From positions 1 to 64,000 of the IMG/VR virus record IMGVR_UViG_3300020122_000058: a stretch of DNA of 64,000 nt; one strand, 5' to 3'. Source of the DNA: a virus. Position 1 is the stretch's first letter. Every line of letters starts with the position of its first letter. This document shows, one piece after another, positions 16,705 through 25,974 of the stretch. Position numbers and translations under genes: made by a program. The notes under the pieces are model-generated. The model made no database searches. It saw nothing but the letters and a program-made list of their open reading frames with translations, and was not told the origin of the DNA.

Positions 16705-17736
16705 ATGAACGCTCTTACAGCATCTCTTTTCAGTTCTGCGGTTGGTGATCTTCCTGGCTTCTCTGCGCTGGCAGCGTTGGCAGGTCTGGATGCAGCACCG
16801 ACCAACACAAACATCACCACTGCTGGCAACGGCACTCTGACTGCGGCTGCCATCGTCGGTGGGCTCATCACGCGCACTGGCCCGACCGGCGCTTACACCG
16901 ATACCACGGACACTGCGGCTGCGATCGTTGCCGCTGCCGGTGGTGTATTCACCTCTGGGCAGATCATCACGTTCACCGTGAAGAATTCTGTTGGGTTCAC
17001 ACAGACGATCAACGGCGGCACCGGCGTCACGATGCCTGCAAACAATATCGTCGGTCCGTTGCAGGAAGCCACGTTTGAAGCAACCGTCGGCGGTACCGCT
17101 GCGGCACCGACTCTCACGGTAACGCATGTCGGCACTACTTCCATTTCCATGGCACCCTCCGTCACTGCGCCTGTATCAACAGCGCTCAACACGGTCGGCG
17201 CTGGCACTATCACAGCGGCAGGCATCAACGGCGGCATCACGGCGCGCGGCGGTTCACAGGCCAACGCTGCATTCACGGATACCACGGATACCGCAGCCAA
17301 CATCGTCGCTGGCAATCCTGCATTGATCGGCAAGGTGGGCGCTTCTTTCCTCTACGCATACCAGAACACCACCAACGCGAACGCCACGTTGCAGGGCGGC
17401 ACCGGCGTTACTGTTTCAGGCGTCACAGTGGTGCCAGGAAACTGCACCGCGCTGTTCCTCGTTACGCAGACTGCGGCCAACACCATCACGATGGTCGGTT
17501 TGCTTGTCACGCATCCCAGTGCGCCGAACGGAACGTTCGTGGCCAACGGTGCCACTGCGGTGGTCGTCGCTGATACGCGTCTCACCGCCAATTCTGTGAT
17601 CGTGTTCACGATGAAAACTGTGGGCGGCACGCCTGCCGGTGCGCCGTTCCTCTCTGCAGCAACGCCGGGCACCGGCTTCTCGGTGAAAGCCGCAGCCGGT
17701 GACACCAGCACCTACAACTACATCATCCTGAACTAA
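16705..17736 (+). CDS. T/A/G-rich structural protein with internal tandem duplication
   Basis: 343 aa. Two related halves each contain TDTTDTAA[AN]IVA ... GGTGVT[MV]. No family recognised. Confidence 0.6.
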   Translation: MNALTASLFSSAVGDLPGFSALAALAGLDAAPTNTNITTAGNGTLTAAAIVGGLITRTGPTGAYTDTTDTAAAIVAAAGGVFTSGQIITFTVKNSVGFTQTINGGTGVTMPANNIVGPLQEATFEATVGGTAAAPTLTVTHVGTTSISMAPSVTAPVSTALNTVGAGTITAAGINGGITARGGSQANAAFTDTTDTAANIVAGNPALIGKVGASFLYAYQNTTNANATLQGGTGVTVSGVTVVPGNCTALFLVTQTAANTITMVGLLVTHPSAPNGTFVANGATAVVVADTRLTANSVIVFTMKTVGGTPAGAPFLSAATPGTGFSVKAAAGDTSTYNYIILN

Positions 17737-17737
17737 G

Positions 17738-18112
17738 ATGAACCTGCACGGGTTGGTCTCAGGCTTGATTGGTGTCATCAATCCGTTTGAGACCATCACG
17801 TACAATCAGAGTTCGGGATCCGAAACAGTGAGAAGCGGTAAGCGTACCCCAGAGTATGCCGCTTCCGTCAGCATAGTAGCGCAAGTTCAACCGTTGAACG
17901 CGAAGGATCTCACCCAAGTAGCAGGCTTAAATCTTCAGGGTGAATTCAAGAAGTTCTGGTTCAACGGCGAGGCCTTTGACACCGTACGCAAATTCCTGAA
18001 GGGCGGCGATATCATCGTGCGCCCAAAGGATGGTACCACGTGGCTCACCACCCAAGTGGTGGAGCAGTGGCCTGATTGGTGCAGCATCATCGGCACGCTG
18101 CAAAACGGTTGA
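17738..18112 (+). CDS. head-tail adaptor/head-closure-like protein
   Basis: 124 aa. The C-terminal KGGDIIVRPKDGTTWLTTQVVEQW resembles the head-tail joining family ending. The position fits. Confidence 0.4.
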   Translation: MNLHGLVSGLIGVINPFETITYNQSSGSETVRSGKRTPEYAASVSIVAQVQPLNAKDLTQVAGLNLQGEFKKFWFNGEAFDTVRKFLKGGDIIVRPKDGTTWLTTQVVEQWPDWCSIIGTLQNG

Positions 18113-18122
18113 GGAGACAAGC

Positions 18123-18512
18123 ATGAAACACAAGATCATCGGCGCTGCTGTTGCGCTGGCGCTCTGCCTTGGGCAGCGTGCCTTCGCGCAAGTTGCGCCT
18201 CCGCAGCCGCCCGGTACGCCTGCACTCGCAGGGTTCGTGACGGTCAGCGTTACCAACAGTGCATCTGCCGGTGCGGCTCTGCCTGGATCAACGCAGGCAT
18301 TTCCGGCTCTGACGCTGAAGAATTCCGGAACAAAGGATGCGTTCTGCGCGTTCGGAGGATCTGGCGTAGCAGCCACCACCAGCAGCACACCGATCCGCTC
18401 TGGTGATCATGTGAATATGTGGGCAGGCACCGGCACCTATGTGTCCTGTATCACAGGCGGCACGGACACTACGACTGTGACTGTGTATCAGGCGAACGGA
18501 CCGGTGATGTAA
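18123..18512 (+). CDS. secreted-type protein, stand-alone copy of the fibre N-terminal domain
   Basis: 129 aa from ATG 18123 (RBS gaggag). The signal peptide is MKHKIIGAAVALALCLGQRAFA/QV. The mature part is paralogous to residues about 25-130 of the next gene. Confidence 0.65.
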   Translation: MKHKIIGAAVALALCLGQRAFAQVAPPQPPGTPALAGFVTVSVTNSASAGAALPGSTQAFPALTLKNSGTKDAFCAFGGSGVAATTSSTPIRSGDHVNMWAGTGTYVSCITGGTDTTTVTVYQANGPVM

Positions 18513-21500
18513 TGCTCAAGAAACTTCTTGCCGCTGCGCTTTTCCTGCTGGCCATTCCGGCAGCGGCGCAGCAACTTCCCATCCCGCCTACGGCAGCGCT
18601 CGCACCCGGTGTGCAGCCGGTTATCAACGTCACCAATGCCACCGGCACTGCGCCTGTGCAGCTTCCGGCCTCCACGGTGCCGTACCCCGCTGTCACGTTG
18701 CTGAATTCCGGTAACAAGGACGCCTACTGCGCTCTCGGCGGGCCTGGAGTGGTGGCAACCACAAGTTCCCCGCCGCTGCGGGCTGGTACCAGCCTGCCGC
18801 TGCTGGCGCAGGGGAACGGCTACGTGGCGTGCGTTACGGCAAGCACCGATACCACCACCGTCACGGTGTATCAGGCCACAGGGGCTCTCAGCCTGCGCAC
18901 GCAGGGCAGCAGCGGGGGTGGCGGCAGCGGCGGTATTACCCAACTGACAACCGACGTATCTGCGAGTGGACCGGGAACAGCCGTCGCTACGGTCAACTCC
19001 TACAATGGCGGCACCACCTTCGGGACTGCGGCTCACCAAAACGTAAGCGCGTTCCTGCAACCTTCCAACAATCTCTCTGACGTTGGCAGCGCATCTACTT
19101 CGCGCACCAACCTTGGCTTGGGAACGGCTGCAACGCAGAACGTATCTGCATTTCTGCAGCCATCCAACAATCTGTCAGATGTGCTGAGCGCATCTACTTC
19201 GCGCACCAATCTTGGTCTTGGCACCGCTGCCACGCAGAACGTGAGTGCGTTCCTGCAACCATCCAACAATCTGTCGGATGTGAGCAGCGTTTCAACGTCA
19301 CGCACCAATCTTGGTCTCGGCACTGCCGCGCTCGTCAACACCGGTACCACGTCAGGCACCGTTCCTCTCCTGGACACCAACGGCAATCTCGCGGCCAATC
19401 AGTCTGGCAATGCTTGCGCCTTGGGCTCAGTGTACCGGATTGATTTCTGCGATGACTTTCATCGCCCCAACACTTCAACAGGTGTGATCGGTACTCCGCC
19501 CAACGGCGTGGCCTACAATCTGGTGAACGCCAGCGGTGGAGCAGATACTCTCAGCCAGATCATCAGCAACACCTGGACCCAACAGCAGTCGAATCTGCCT
19601 GTCGGTACTTCAGCCTCGTACGCCTACCAATCATTCAATTATCAGGCCAACCACTTCGGTGGCTGCTTCGTGTGGAATTCAACCGGTCAGGCTGGAGCGG
19701 ATAGCTCGCCTGCGGTGGCTTCTACCGTCAGTTCGGCAGGTACGTTCACCTCTGTTGCTGTGCACGTGGTGCCCACCCGTACCAATTTGCAGATCGGCTA
19801 CTTCCTGAGTGGTGTGCTTACACCGGTGTCGGGTTCTCCGATTACGCTGCCGTTCACCATCGCAGTTGGCCAACAAGTTTGCCTAGACATCGTGGTGGAT
19901 GCCGGTATGATCCGGTATTCCTACGCAGGTGTCTCCGGAACGCTGTACAACAAGAACATCAGCAACATCCAGCTAGGCAACAAAGTCTTCTGGGAATTGT
20001 TCAACAACGTTCAGAACCCGGCCAATATCCCGGCGTGGACAGCCGCTTGGGCTGGCAATGCGCTCACTGGCGTGCCCAGCGCGGCAGACAACGTGATTGC
20101 CGCGTACCATTTTGATAGCGGCCTGAACGATGCTACTGGCAACGGTAACACGCTCACTGGCGTGAATAGCCCCACCTTCGTGGTGCCAGGACAGGTAGGC
20201 GGTGCGCTCAATCTTGTAGCTGCATCTTCTCAGAAGGCGACTCTTGCCTCAAATACTGATGTTCAGCTTGGCAATTCTGACTGGACCATTTCAGGATGGG
20301 TCAAGTTCAACTCATTGCCTGCGTCTGGTCATTTCATGGCTATCGTTGATAAATCCACAGGGGCCAATGCGCTTGAGAATACCATCTATGTAGTGAATGC
20401 GGCTGGCACCACAACCTTCAGCGCGGAAGCAAGCCAGGATGGCACCCAAACCAATGCGAAGAACGTAGCGGATAGCACTCCGCTTTCCACCGGCACTTGG
20501 TATTACTTTGAAGAACGCTACAATTCTATTGGAGCAGGTCTGCTGACGTTGCAGATCAACAACGGTACCAACAGGAATGTCGTTCTTTCCGGAAACTTCA
20601 ACGGTACCGGCACGTTCACCGTTGGTTACAGCCCATGGCTCAACGCGTCAGTCGCCAACCCGTATCTTGATGGTCAGGTGGATGAGCTAACCATCTTCAA
20701 GACGCCCCCTGGAATGGGAGGCAATCTCAGCGTTCAGAAACAGAACCAAGTGTACAACGATGGTCGTGGTACCGCGTGGCCCTTGGGCGGTGTTCCGCCT
20801 GCGCTGGCCAATGCAGTCTCCACCACCGGCACGCCTGCCACCGGTAATCTGACCAAGTTCTCAGGTGCGACCACCATCACCAACGGTGATCTGTCAGGGG
20901 ATTGCACCACCACCGGCACGCTTGCCATTACCTGTACCAAGACCAACGGTGTGTCCTTCGCTACCAGCGCCACGACGGACACTACCAATGCCAGCAATAT
21001 CTCCAGCGGCACGCTTGCTGCGGCACGCGGCGGTGCAGGCACAATCACAGGAGCGCTCAAGGGCAACGGTGCTGGCCTTGTGAGCCAAGCAGCCTGCGCA
21101 GATCTGTCAAACGCGGCAGCGTCCTGTTCCACGGATGCTACGAATGCGTCCAACATTTCGTCAGGCTCCTTGGCGATCGGGCGCTTTCCTGCCATTGCTG
21201 CTGACAGCACATTCCTGAATGCTACAGGCAGCAGCGCTGCACCAACTGCGGTGGCGTTTCCGTCCTGTTCCACAGGCACAAGCGCGCTCACGTACAACAC
21301 GACCACGCATGCGCTTGGATGCAATAGCATCTCTGGTGGTGGTCTTACTGTGGGAACGACGACTATAGCTTCAGGAACGGCTGGTGGTCTTCTCTATGAT
21401 AGCGGCCCCGGCACGCTCCAGGAGGATAGCGGCCTCACGCGCCCAGGACCGGGACAGATAAGCCATGCAACTGGTTCTCTCTCGGCGAATGGTCCAGTGC

Positions 21501-22138
21501 TGAACTTCACGACAACATGGAACAATTCAGGAGTCGCATTCAAGGCGATCACCGGAACAATCACGAATACGGCGAGCGCAGCGGGTTCTTACGTCATCGA
21601 TATCCTCAACGGAACAAATCACGTTCTTACGATGGATCCGACGAACGTCATGTATCTTGGAGATAGCGGTGGCGTCTCCAAGATTTGTTCTGACTCTTCT
21701 GGCGCTATCTCAACGACGACTTGTACTGTTTGGCAGACGAATGGAGCAATCTCCTTCTACTCAAACGGCAATGGCGGCTTTCAGGTAGGCAGCTACTTTG
21801 CCACTGGTACTAACCGAACGCCTATCGGTTGGGCTAACATCGCGAATATCGGTCCGACAACGTCTGCAGCCGATACAGCCTTCTCACGTGACGCTGCTAA
21901 AGTTGTTGATCTTGGAAACGGCACACAGGCAGATAAGACCGGGCAACTCAATCTCACGACGATCGGTCTTCAAGGTGTGACAGTGGCTTCTCTTCCTGGA
22001 ACACCTGCTGCTGGGATGGTTGCCTACGTCAGTGATGCAAACGCAGCTTGCTCTGCAGGAACAACTCCGACGGGTGGCGGCTCAACAAAATGCTTCGTTG
22101 GCTACAACGGCACTGCATGGAAGGAATTTGGAATATGA
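18512..22138 (+). CDS. giant fibre-like protein (1208 aa): signal peptide, duplicated N-domain, 3x33-aa fibre repeats, LamG-like lectin domain
   Basis: It starts at ATG 18512 (TAATG overlap) with MLKKLLAAALFLLAIPAAA/QQ. After a GGGGSGG linker it carries three NVSAFLQPSNNLSDV..S.STSRTNLGLGTAA repeats. The LamG-like region runs AYHFDSGLNDATGNGNTLTG ... WTISGWVKF ... LDGQVDELTIF. Confidence 0.75.
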   Translation: MLKKLLAAALFLLAIPAAAQQLPIPPTAALAPGVQPVINVTNATGTAPVQLPASTVPYPAVTLLNSGNKDAYCALGGPGVVATTSSPPLRAGTSLPLLAQGNGYVACVTASTDTTTVTVYQATGALSLRTQGSSGGGGSGGITQLTTDVSASGPGTAVATVNSYNGGTTFGTAAHQNVSAFLQPSNNLSDVGSASTSRTNLGLGTAATQNVSAFLQPSNNLSDVLSASTSRTNLGLGTAATQNVSAFLQPSNNLSDVSSVSTSRTNLGLGTAALVNTGTTSGTVPLLDTNGNLAANQSGNACALGSVYRIDFCDDFHRPNTSTGVIGTPPNGVAYNLVNASGGADTLSQIISNTWTQQQSNLPVGTSASYAYQSFNYQANHFGGCFVWNSTGQAGADSSPAVASTVSSAGTFTSVAVHVVPTRTNLQIGYFLSGVLTPVSGSPITLPFTIAVGQQVCLDIVVDAGMIRYSYAGVSGTLYNKNISNIQLGNKVFWELFNNVQNPANIPAWTAAWAGNALTGVPSAADNVIAAYHFDSGLNDATGNGNTLTGVNSPTFVVPGQVGGALNLVAASSQKATLASNTDVQLGNSDWTISGWVKFNSLPASGHFMAIVDKSTGANALENTIYVVNAAGTTTFSAEASQDGTQTNAKNVADSTPLSTGTWYYFEERYNSIGAGLLTLQINNGTNRNVVLSGNFNGTGTFTVGYSPWLNASVANPYLDGQVDELTIFKTPPGMGGNLSVQKQNQVYNDGRGTAWPLGGVPPALANAVSTTGTPATGNLTKFSGATTITNGDLSGDCTTTGTLAITCTKTNGVSFATSATTDTTNASNISSGTLAAARGGAGTITGALKGNGAGLVSQAACADLSNAAASCSTDATNASNISSGSLAIGRFPAIAADSTFLNATGSSAAPTAVAFPSCSTGTSALTYNTTTHALGCNSISGGGLTVGTTTIASGTAGGLLYDSGPGTLQEDSGLTRPGPGQISHATGSLSANGPVLNFTTTWNNSGVAFKAITGTITNTASAAGSYVIDILNGTNHVLTMDPTNVMYLGDSGGVSKICSDSSGAISTTTCTVWQTNGAISFYSNGNGGFQVGSYFATGTNRTPIGWANIANIGPTTSAADTAFSRDAAKVVDLGNGTQADKTGQLNLTTIGLQGVTVASLPGTPAAGMVAYVSDANAACSAGTTPTGGGSTKCFVGYNGTAWKEFGI
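19037..19333 (+). repeat. 3 x 99-bp in-frame tandem repeat (fibre collar repeats)
   Basis: The units lie at 19037-19135, 19136-19234 and 19235-19333. They are read directly from the DNA and encode the 33-aa repeats. Confidence 0.85.
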
Positions 22139-22509
22139 AGAACCTGTTCAGGGCCGTTGCCCTTGGGTTTTGTTTCTGGGCTGCGCTTCACGCTGATGCC
22201 TTAGCGGCAACGTCTTCTCCTGGAACAACCGGACTTTCGCTCAGTGAAACTGATGCAACCACATCTACGCCGATTACGTATTTTTCAATCGTGAGCGCAA
22301 ATCTGAACACGGTTGATGGAACGACATCTATCATAGTATGCGGGTACGTCAGTCAGGCAGTTGCTGTGGCCAACCCGCGCGGCGGCTGTATCACTAGCCG
22401 CACACTCACGGCAAATGTCATTCCGACTGGAGATTTGCTGTTGGCCGCGTACAGCAAACTGCTGACGCTTCCGGAATTCTCTGGTGCCGTGCAAGTCGGC
22501 ACTCCCTAG
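22135..22509 (+). CDS. secreted-type protein (124 aa)
   Basis: ATG 22135 overlaps the fibre stop (ATGA). The signal peptide is MKNLFRAVALGFCFWAALHADALA/AT. Confidence 0.6.
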   Translation: MKNLFRAVALGFCFWAALHADALAATSSPGTTGLSLSETDATTSTPITYFSIVSANLNTVDGTTSIIVCGYVSQAVAVANPRGGCITSRTLTANVIPTGDLLLAAYSKLLTLPEFSGAVQVGTP

Positions 22510-22533
22510 TTCACCAAGCGCAAAGGAGGAACC

Positions 22534-22809
22534 ATGCGCATTTTGAAGATGACGGCATTCGCCGTCTTGTTGGCCACCGCAGCCACAGCGGAAACCAAGC
22601 CAGCGGCACCACCGCAGGAGCCTACCACGACGATGGAGGTCACCATGCAAGATCTCCAGATATTCTCCACGCAACTCAGCTCTGCCGGTGCGCAGTGTGA
22701 TGCAGGCAATCAGTTCGCCTGTCTTCTCACGAACCCGAATGTGCGCGGTCCGCTGTTGAACAAGATCAACGCGGCGGCCCAGGAGCTTCAGAAGAAGGCG
22801 AAGAAATAA
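22534..22809 (+). CDS. secreted-type protein (91 aa)
   Basis: The signal peptide is MRILKMTAFAVLLATAATA/ET. The mature part has two Cys and a Lys-rich end. Confidence 0.6.
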   Translation: MRILKMTAFAVLLATAATAETKPAAPPQEPTTTMEVTMQDLQIFSTQLSSAGAQCDAGNQFACLLTNPNVRGPLLNKINAAAQELQKKAKK

Positions 22810-22810
22810 C

Positions 22811-23215
22811 GTGGCTGCAACCGTCGTCAAATATGCTCTGGACGCAAATACAGAGCAACCGTTCCCAACCCTGTGGTATGACGACGGCTCTGGCAATCTG
22901 AAGCAGGTCGTTGAGAACGTCAACAATCTGCCCAGCGGGATCACGCCGGTCACAGGGCAATTCACGCAGACCGGCGTGAGCGCCAGCTTCACTCCCATTC
23001 CGGGACGTGGGTTCAACGTCACCATCTGGGGTAATTGGCAGGGTGCGCTCCAGTTGAACCGTTCGTTTGACGGCGGTACCACCTGGATACCGGTGGATAC
23101 TTCGCTCATTCAGAACGTGAGCAAGGTGTACGTTGAACCAGAAGCCGGTGTGATGTATCAGCTTGACTGCACTGGCTTTGTGAACGGACCAGTCAACTAC
23201 CGTATCAGTCAGTAA
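22811..23215 (+). CDS. hypothetical tail/neck-module protein (GTG start)
   Basis: 134 aa, from GTG 22811 one nt after the upstream stop. The composition is beta-rich. Confidence 0.55.
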   Translation: MAATVVKYALDANTEQPFPTLWYDDGSGNLKQVVENVNNLPSGITPVTGQFTQTGVSASFTPIPGRGFNVTIWGNWQGALQLNRSFDGGTTWIPVDTSLIQNVSKVYVEPEAGVMYQLDCTGFVNGPVNYRISQ

Positions 23216-23216
23216 G

Positions 23217-23987
23217 ATGCCAGGAACACCGTGGTTCTGGTTTGGTGGCGTTGCTGAAGGCGCAGGCATTGCCTCGCTCGTGCCTTCACAGGACGACATT
23301 CAGATCGTACTGCGTGACTTTCTGCTTGCCATCTGTCCCGGCGTTGAAGTGGTGGAAGGCTGGGACAACCGCGTACCAGAACCAAAGGGGGACAACTACA
23401 TCGTTTTCTGGCCGATCAGGCGCAAGCGCTTGGCCACGAACTACGATAAGACCGTAGATGCGGCTTTCATCGGCAGCATCAACGGCAATGTGCTGACCAT
23501 CACGGAAGTGCTGGCTGGCAGGCTTGATGCGCAGGCCCAGCTTTATGGGTTGAACATCGTGCCGGGTACCACGGTGGTTGCCATGATCTCCGGCGAAGGC
23601 GGAGTAGGCACTTACCAATTGGACAAAGCCCAGAACCTTGGGCCTACGATCATTCAGACCGGCACACAGGAATTCACTCAGTCAACGGACGTTACGTTCC
23701 AGATTGAGCCGCACGGTCCCAAGGCCGCAGACATGGCGCAAACGATCTCAACCATGTTCAGGGATAATTATGCCTTTGAGTTCTTTGAAGAACGCGAGGC
23801 AGATATCTATCCTCTACATGCTGATGATCCAAACTTCGTGCCATTCCAGAACGATCAGAACCAAGTAGAATTCCGGTGGATCGTAATGGCCCACGTGCAA
23901 GCAGATCAGACCAACAAGTTCCCGCAGCAGTTCATGACAGCGATTGAGGTCAACCTCATCGAAGTGGACACAACCTACAGAGGATAG
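23217..23987 (+). CDS. tail terminator/sheath-proximal protein with one inserted copy of the shared module
   Basis: 256 aa, directly upstream of the sheath gene. The insert is SINGNVLTITEVLAGRLDAQAQLYGLNIVPGTTVVAMISGEGGVGTYQL. Confidence 0.45.
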   Translation: MPGTPWFWFGGVAEGAGIASLVPSQDDIQIVLRDFLLAICPGVEVVEGWDNRVPEPKGDNYIVFWPIRRKRLATNYDKTVDAAFIGSINGNVLTITEVLAGRLDAQAQLYGLNIVPGTTVVAMISGEGGVGTYQLDKAQNLGPTIIQTGTQEFTQSTDVTFQIEPHGPKAADMAQTISTMFRDNYAFEFFEEREADIYPLHADDPNFVPFQNDQNQVEFRWIVMAHVQADQTNKFPQQFMTAIEVNLIEVDTTYRG

Positions 23988-23988
23988 A

Positions 23989-25959
23989 ATGACGACAATC
24001 CCAGTTTCTCCGAATATCATTCAGGTCAACCCGTCAGTCCTCTCTGCTGGAGGGGCTGGCATCGCGTTGACCGGCATGGTGTGTTCTTCAAGCACGCGTG
24101 TCCCTGTGGGCACGGTGCAGAATTTCGCCAGCCAACCGGCGGTGGCTGCGTACTTCGGCGTGAACAGTCCTCAGGCCGCGTTTGCCACCGTGTATTTCAA
24201 TGGCTTTGACAACAAGACGCAGGCTCCGGCCAGCTTGTTGTACACCCAATTCAACATGAACGCGGTGGCAGCCTATGAGCGTGGCGCTTCACAGACCGGC
24301 ACGCTGGCAGCGTTGCAGCAACTCAGCGGCACGTTCTCAGCCATTGTGGATGGCTATACCTGGAACGCTGGCTCAGTCAATCTTTCAACCGCCACGTCCT
24401 TCTCCAACGCTGCGTCTCTCATTCAGACAGCGCTGGTGGGTTCACCGCCTGCGGTGGCGTCCGTCACCGGCAGCATCGCGGCTGGCACGGCGTCCGTCAC
24501 CGCCAGCATAGCGGGCAATGTGATGTACGTCACAGCGTTGGCGAGCGGTACCGTGCACCGTGGCATGGCAATCACCGGTACAGGAGTCTCAGCCAATACG
24601 GTGGTGGATGGCCAACTCAGCGGCACGGCGGGCGGCATCGGTACCTACGCGGTCAACAACTCACAGATCGTTGCTTCCACCACCATTTCTGGAACCTACG
24701 GCATTCTCACGGTGACGGCGGTTTCTTCAGGCGCTCTCGCTGTTGGGCAAACTGTCACAGGCTCTGGTGTTACGGCTGGCACCATCATTACGGAACTTGG
24801 CAGCGGCACAGGCGGCAACGGCACGTACTATGTGAACTTGACGCAGACAGCAACTTCTACGACTATCACCGGTTCCGGCACCGCACCCACGGTCACCTTT
24901 GATGCCACGGCCTCTGCATTCGTCGTGACGTCAGGTATTCGTGGCGCTGCTTCTACCATGGCGTTCTCTACCGGTACTCTGGCCACGGCGCTGGGTATGA
25001 CCAGCACCACCGGCGCGGTGCTGAGCCAAGGTGCAGCACCGCAGACGCCGTCTGGCTTCATGGCCACGCTCACGGCTCTCACGCAGGCGTTTGCCACGTT
25101 CTCCACGGACTTTGATCCGGACGGTGGCCCCGGCACCATCACTCAGAAGCTGGCCTTCTCACAGTGGACCAGTCAGCAGAACAAGCGCTACGCTTACGTC
25201 GGCTGGGATACGGATCCCAATCCTACGACCACGCTGCCCGCAACTGGCAGCTTCGGCTACGCGTTGCAGACCAACCTGTACGACGGCACCATCCCGGTCT
25301 GGGAACCTTCAGACCTGTATCACGAAGCCTTCGTGATGGGTATGGCTGCCAGCATCAACTGGAATGCCAAGGGCGGGCGCATCACGCTGGCATTCAAGTC
25401 ACAGTCTGGTCTCACCGCTGGCGTCTCCACGCAGCAGGCCGCAACCAACTTGGCTGGCAACCCGCAAGCCGCAGGCAGCTTCGGCAACGGGTACAATTTC
25501 TATGGCGCATACGCCACCGCCCTGACGCCGTACAACTGGTTCCAGCGCGGCACGATCTCTGGCAGCTACACGTGGGCTGACACCTACCTGAACCAGATCT
25601 GGTTGAACCAGCAGATTATCGCTGCGGAAGCTACGCTTCTTTCTCAGGTCAACAGCGTTCCGTTCAACAGCACAGGCTATACGCTGATCCAGGAGTCTCT
25701 CTCCGGGGTCATTGCTGCGGCGCTGAATAACGGTGTGATCGTGGCAGGCGTCACACTGTCTGCAACGCAGGCTGCACAGGTGAACTTGGCAGCAGGCCTC
25801 AGCATCGCTTCCACGCTCCAGCAGCAGGGCTGGTATCTCCAGGTTCTGCCCGCAACACCTGCCCAGAGGCAGGCACGCGGTACACCGCCCATCAACTTCT
25901 GGTACTGCGATGGCGGTTCCATCCAGTGCATCAGCTTGGGCTCCGTCGTTCTCCAGTAA
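23989..25959 (+). CDS. tail sheath protein (DUF3383-like) with two inserted copies of the shared module
   Basis: 656 aa from ATG 23989, immediately upstream of a tube-like gene. It resembles DUF3383 sheaths by recollection. The inserts end in GTAGGIGTYAV and GTGGNGTYYV. Confidence 0.7.
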   Translation: MTTIPVSPNIIQVNPSVLSAGGAGIALTGMVCSSSTRVPVGTVQNFASQPAVAAYFGVNSPQAAFATVYFNGFDNKTQAPASLLYTQFNMNAVAAYERGASQTGTLAALQQLSGTFSAIVDGYTWNAGSVNLSTATSFSNAASLIQTALVGSPPAVASVTGSIAAGTASVTASIAGNVMYVTALASGTVHRGMAITGTGVSANTVVDGQLSGTAGGIGTYAVNNSQIVASTTISGTYGILTVTAVSSGALAVGQTVTGSGVTAGTIITELGSGTGGNGTYYVNLTQTATSTTITGSGTAPTVTFDATASAFVVTSGIRGAASTMAFSTGTLATALGMTSTTGAVLSQGAAPQTPSGFMATLTALTQAFATFSTDFDPDGGPGTITQKLAFSQWTSQQNKRYAYVGWDTDPNPTTTLPATGSFGYALQTNLYDGTIPVWEPSDLYHEAFVMGMAASINWNAKGGRITLAFKSQSGLTAGVSTQQAATNLAGNPQAAGSFGNGYNFYGAYATALTPYNWFQRGTISGSYTWADTYLNQIWLNQQIIAAEATLLSQVNSVPFNSTGYTLIQESLSGVIAAALNNGVIVAGVTLSATQAAQVNLAAGLSIASTLQQQGWYLQVLPATPAQRQARGTPPINFWYCDGGSIQCISLGSVVLQ

Positions 25960-25974
25960 AGGAAGGAAATCAGA

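Noticed and set aside
19037-19333. A CRISPR-like regular repeat array.
   Set aside because: The units are contiguous with no spacers, are 99 bp long, and encode an in-frame protein repeat.
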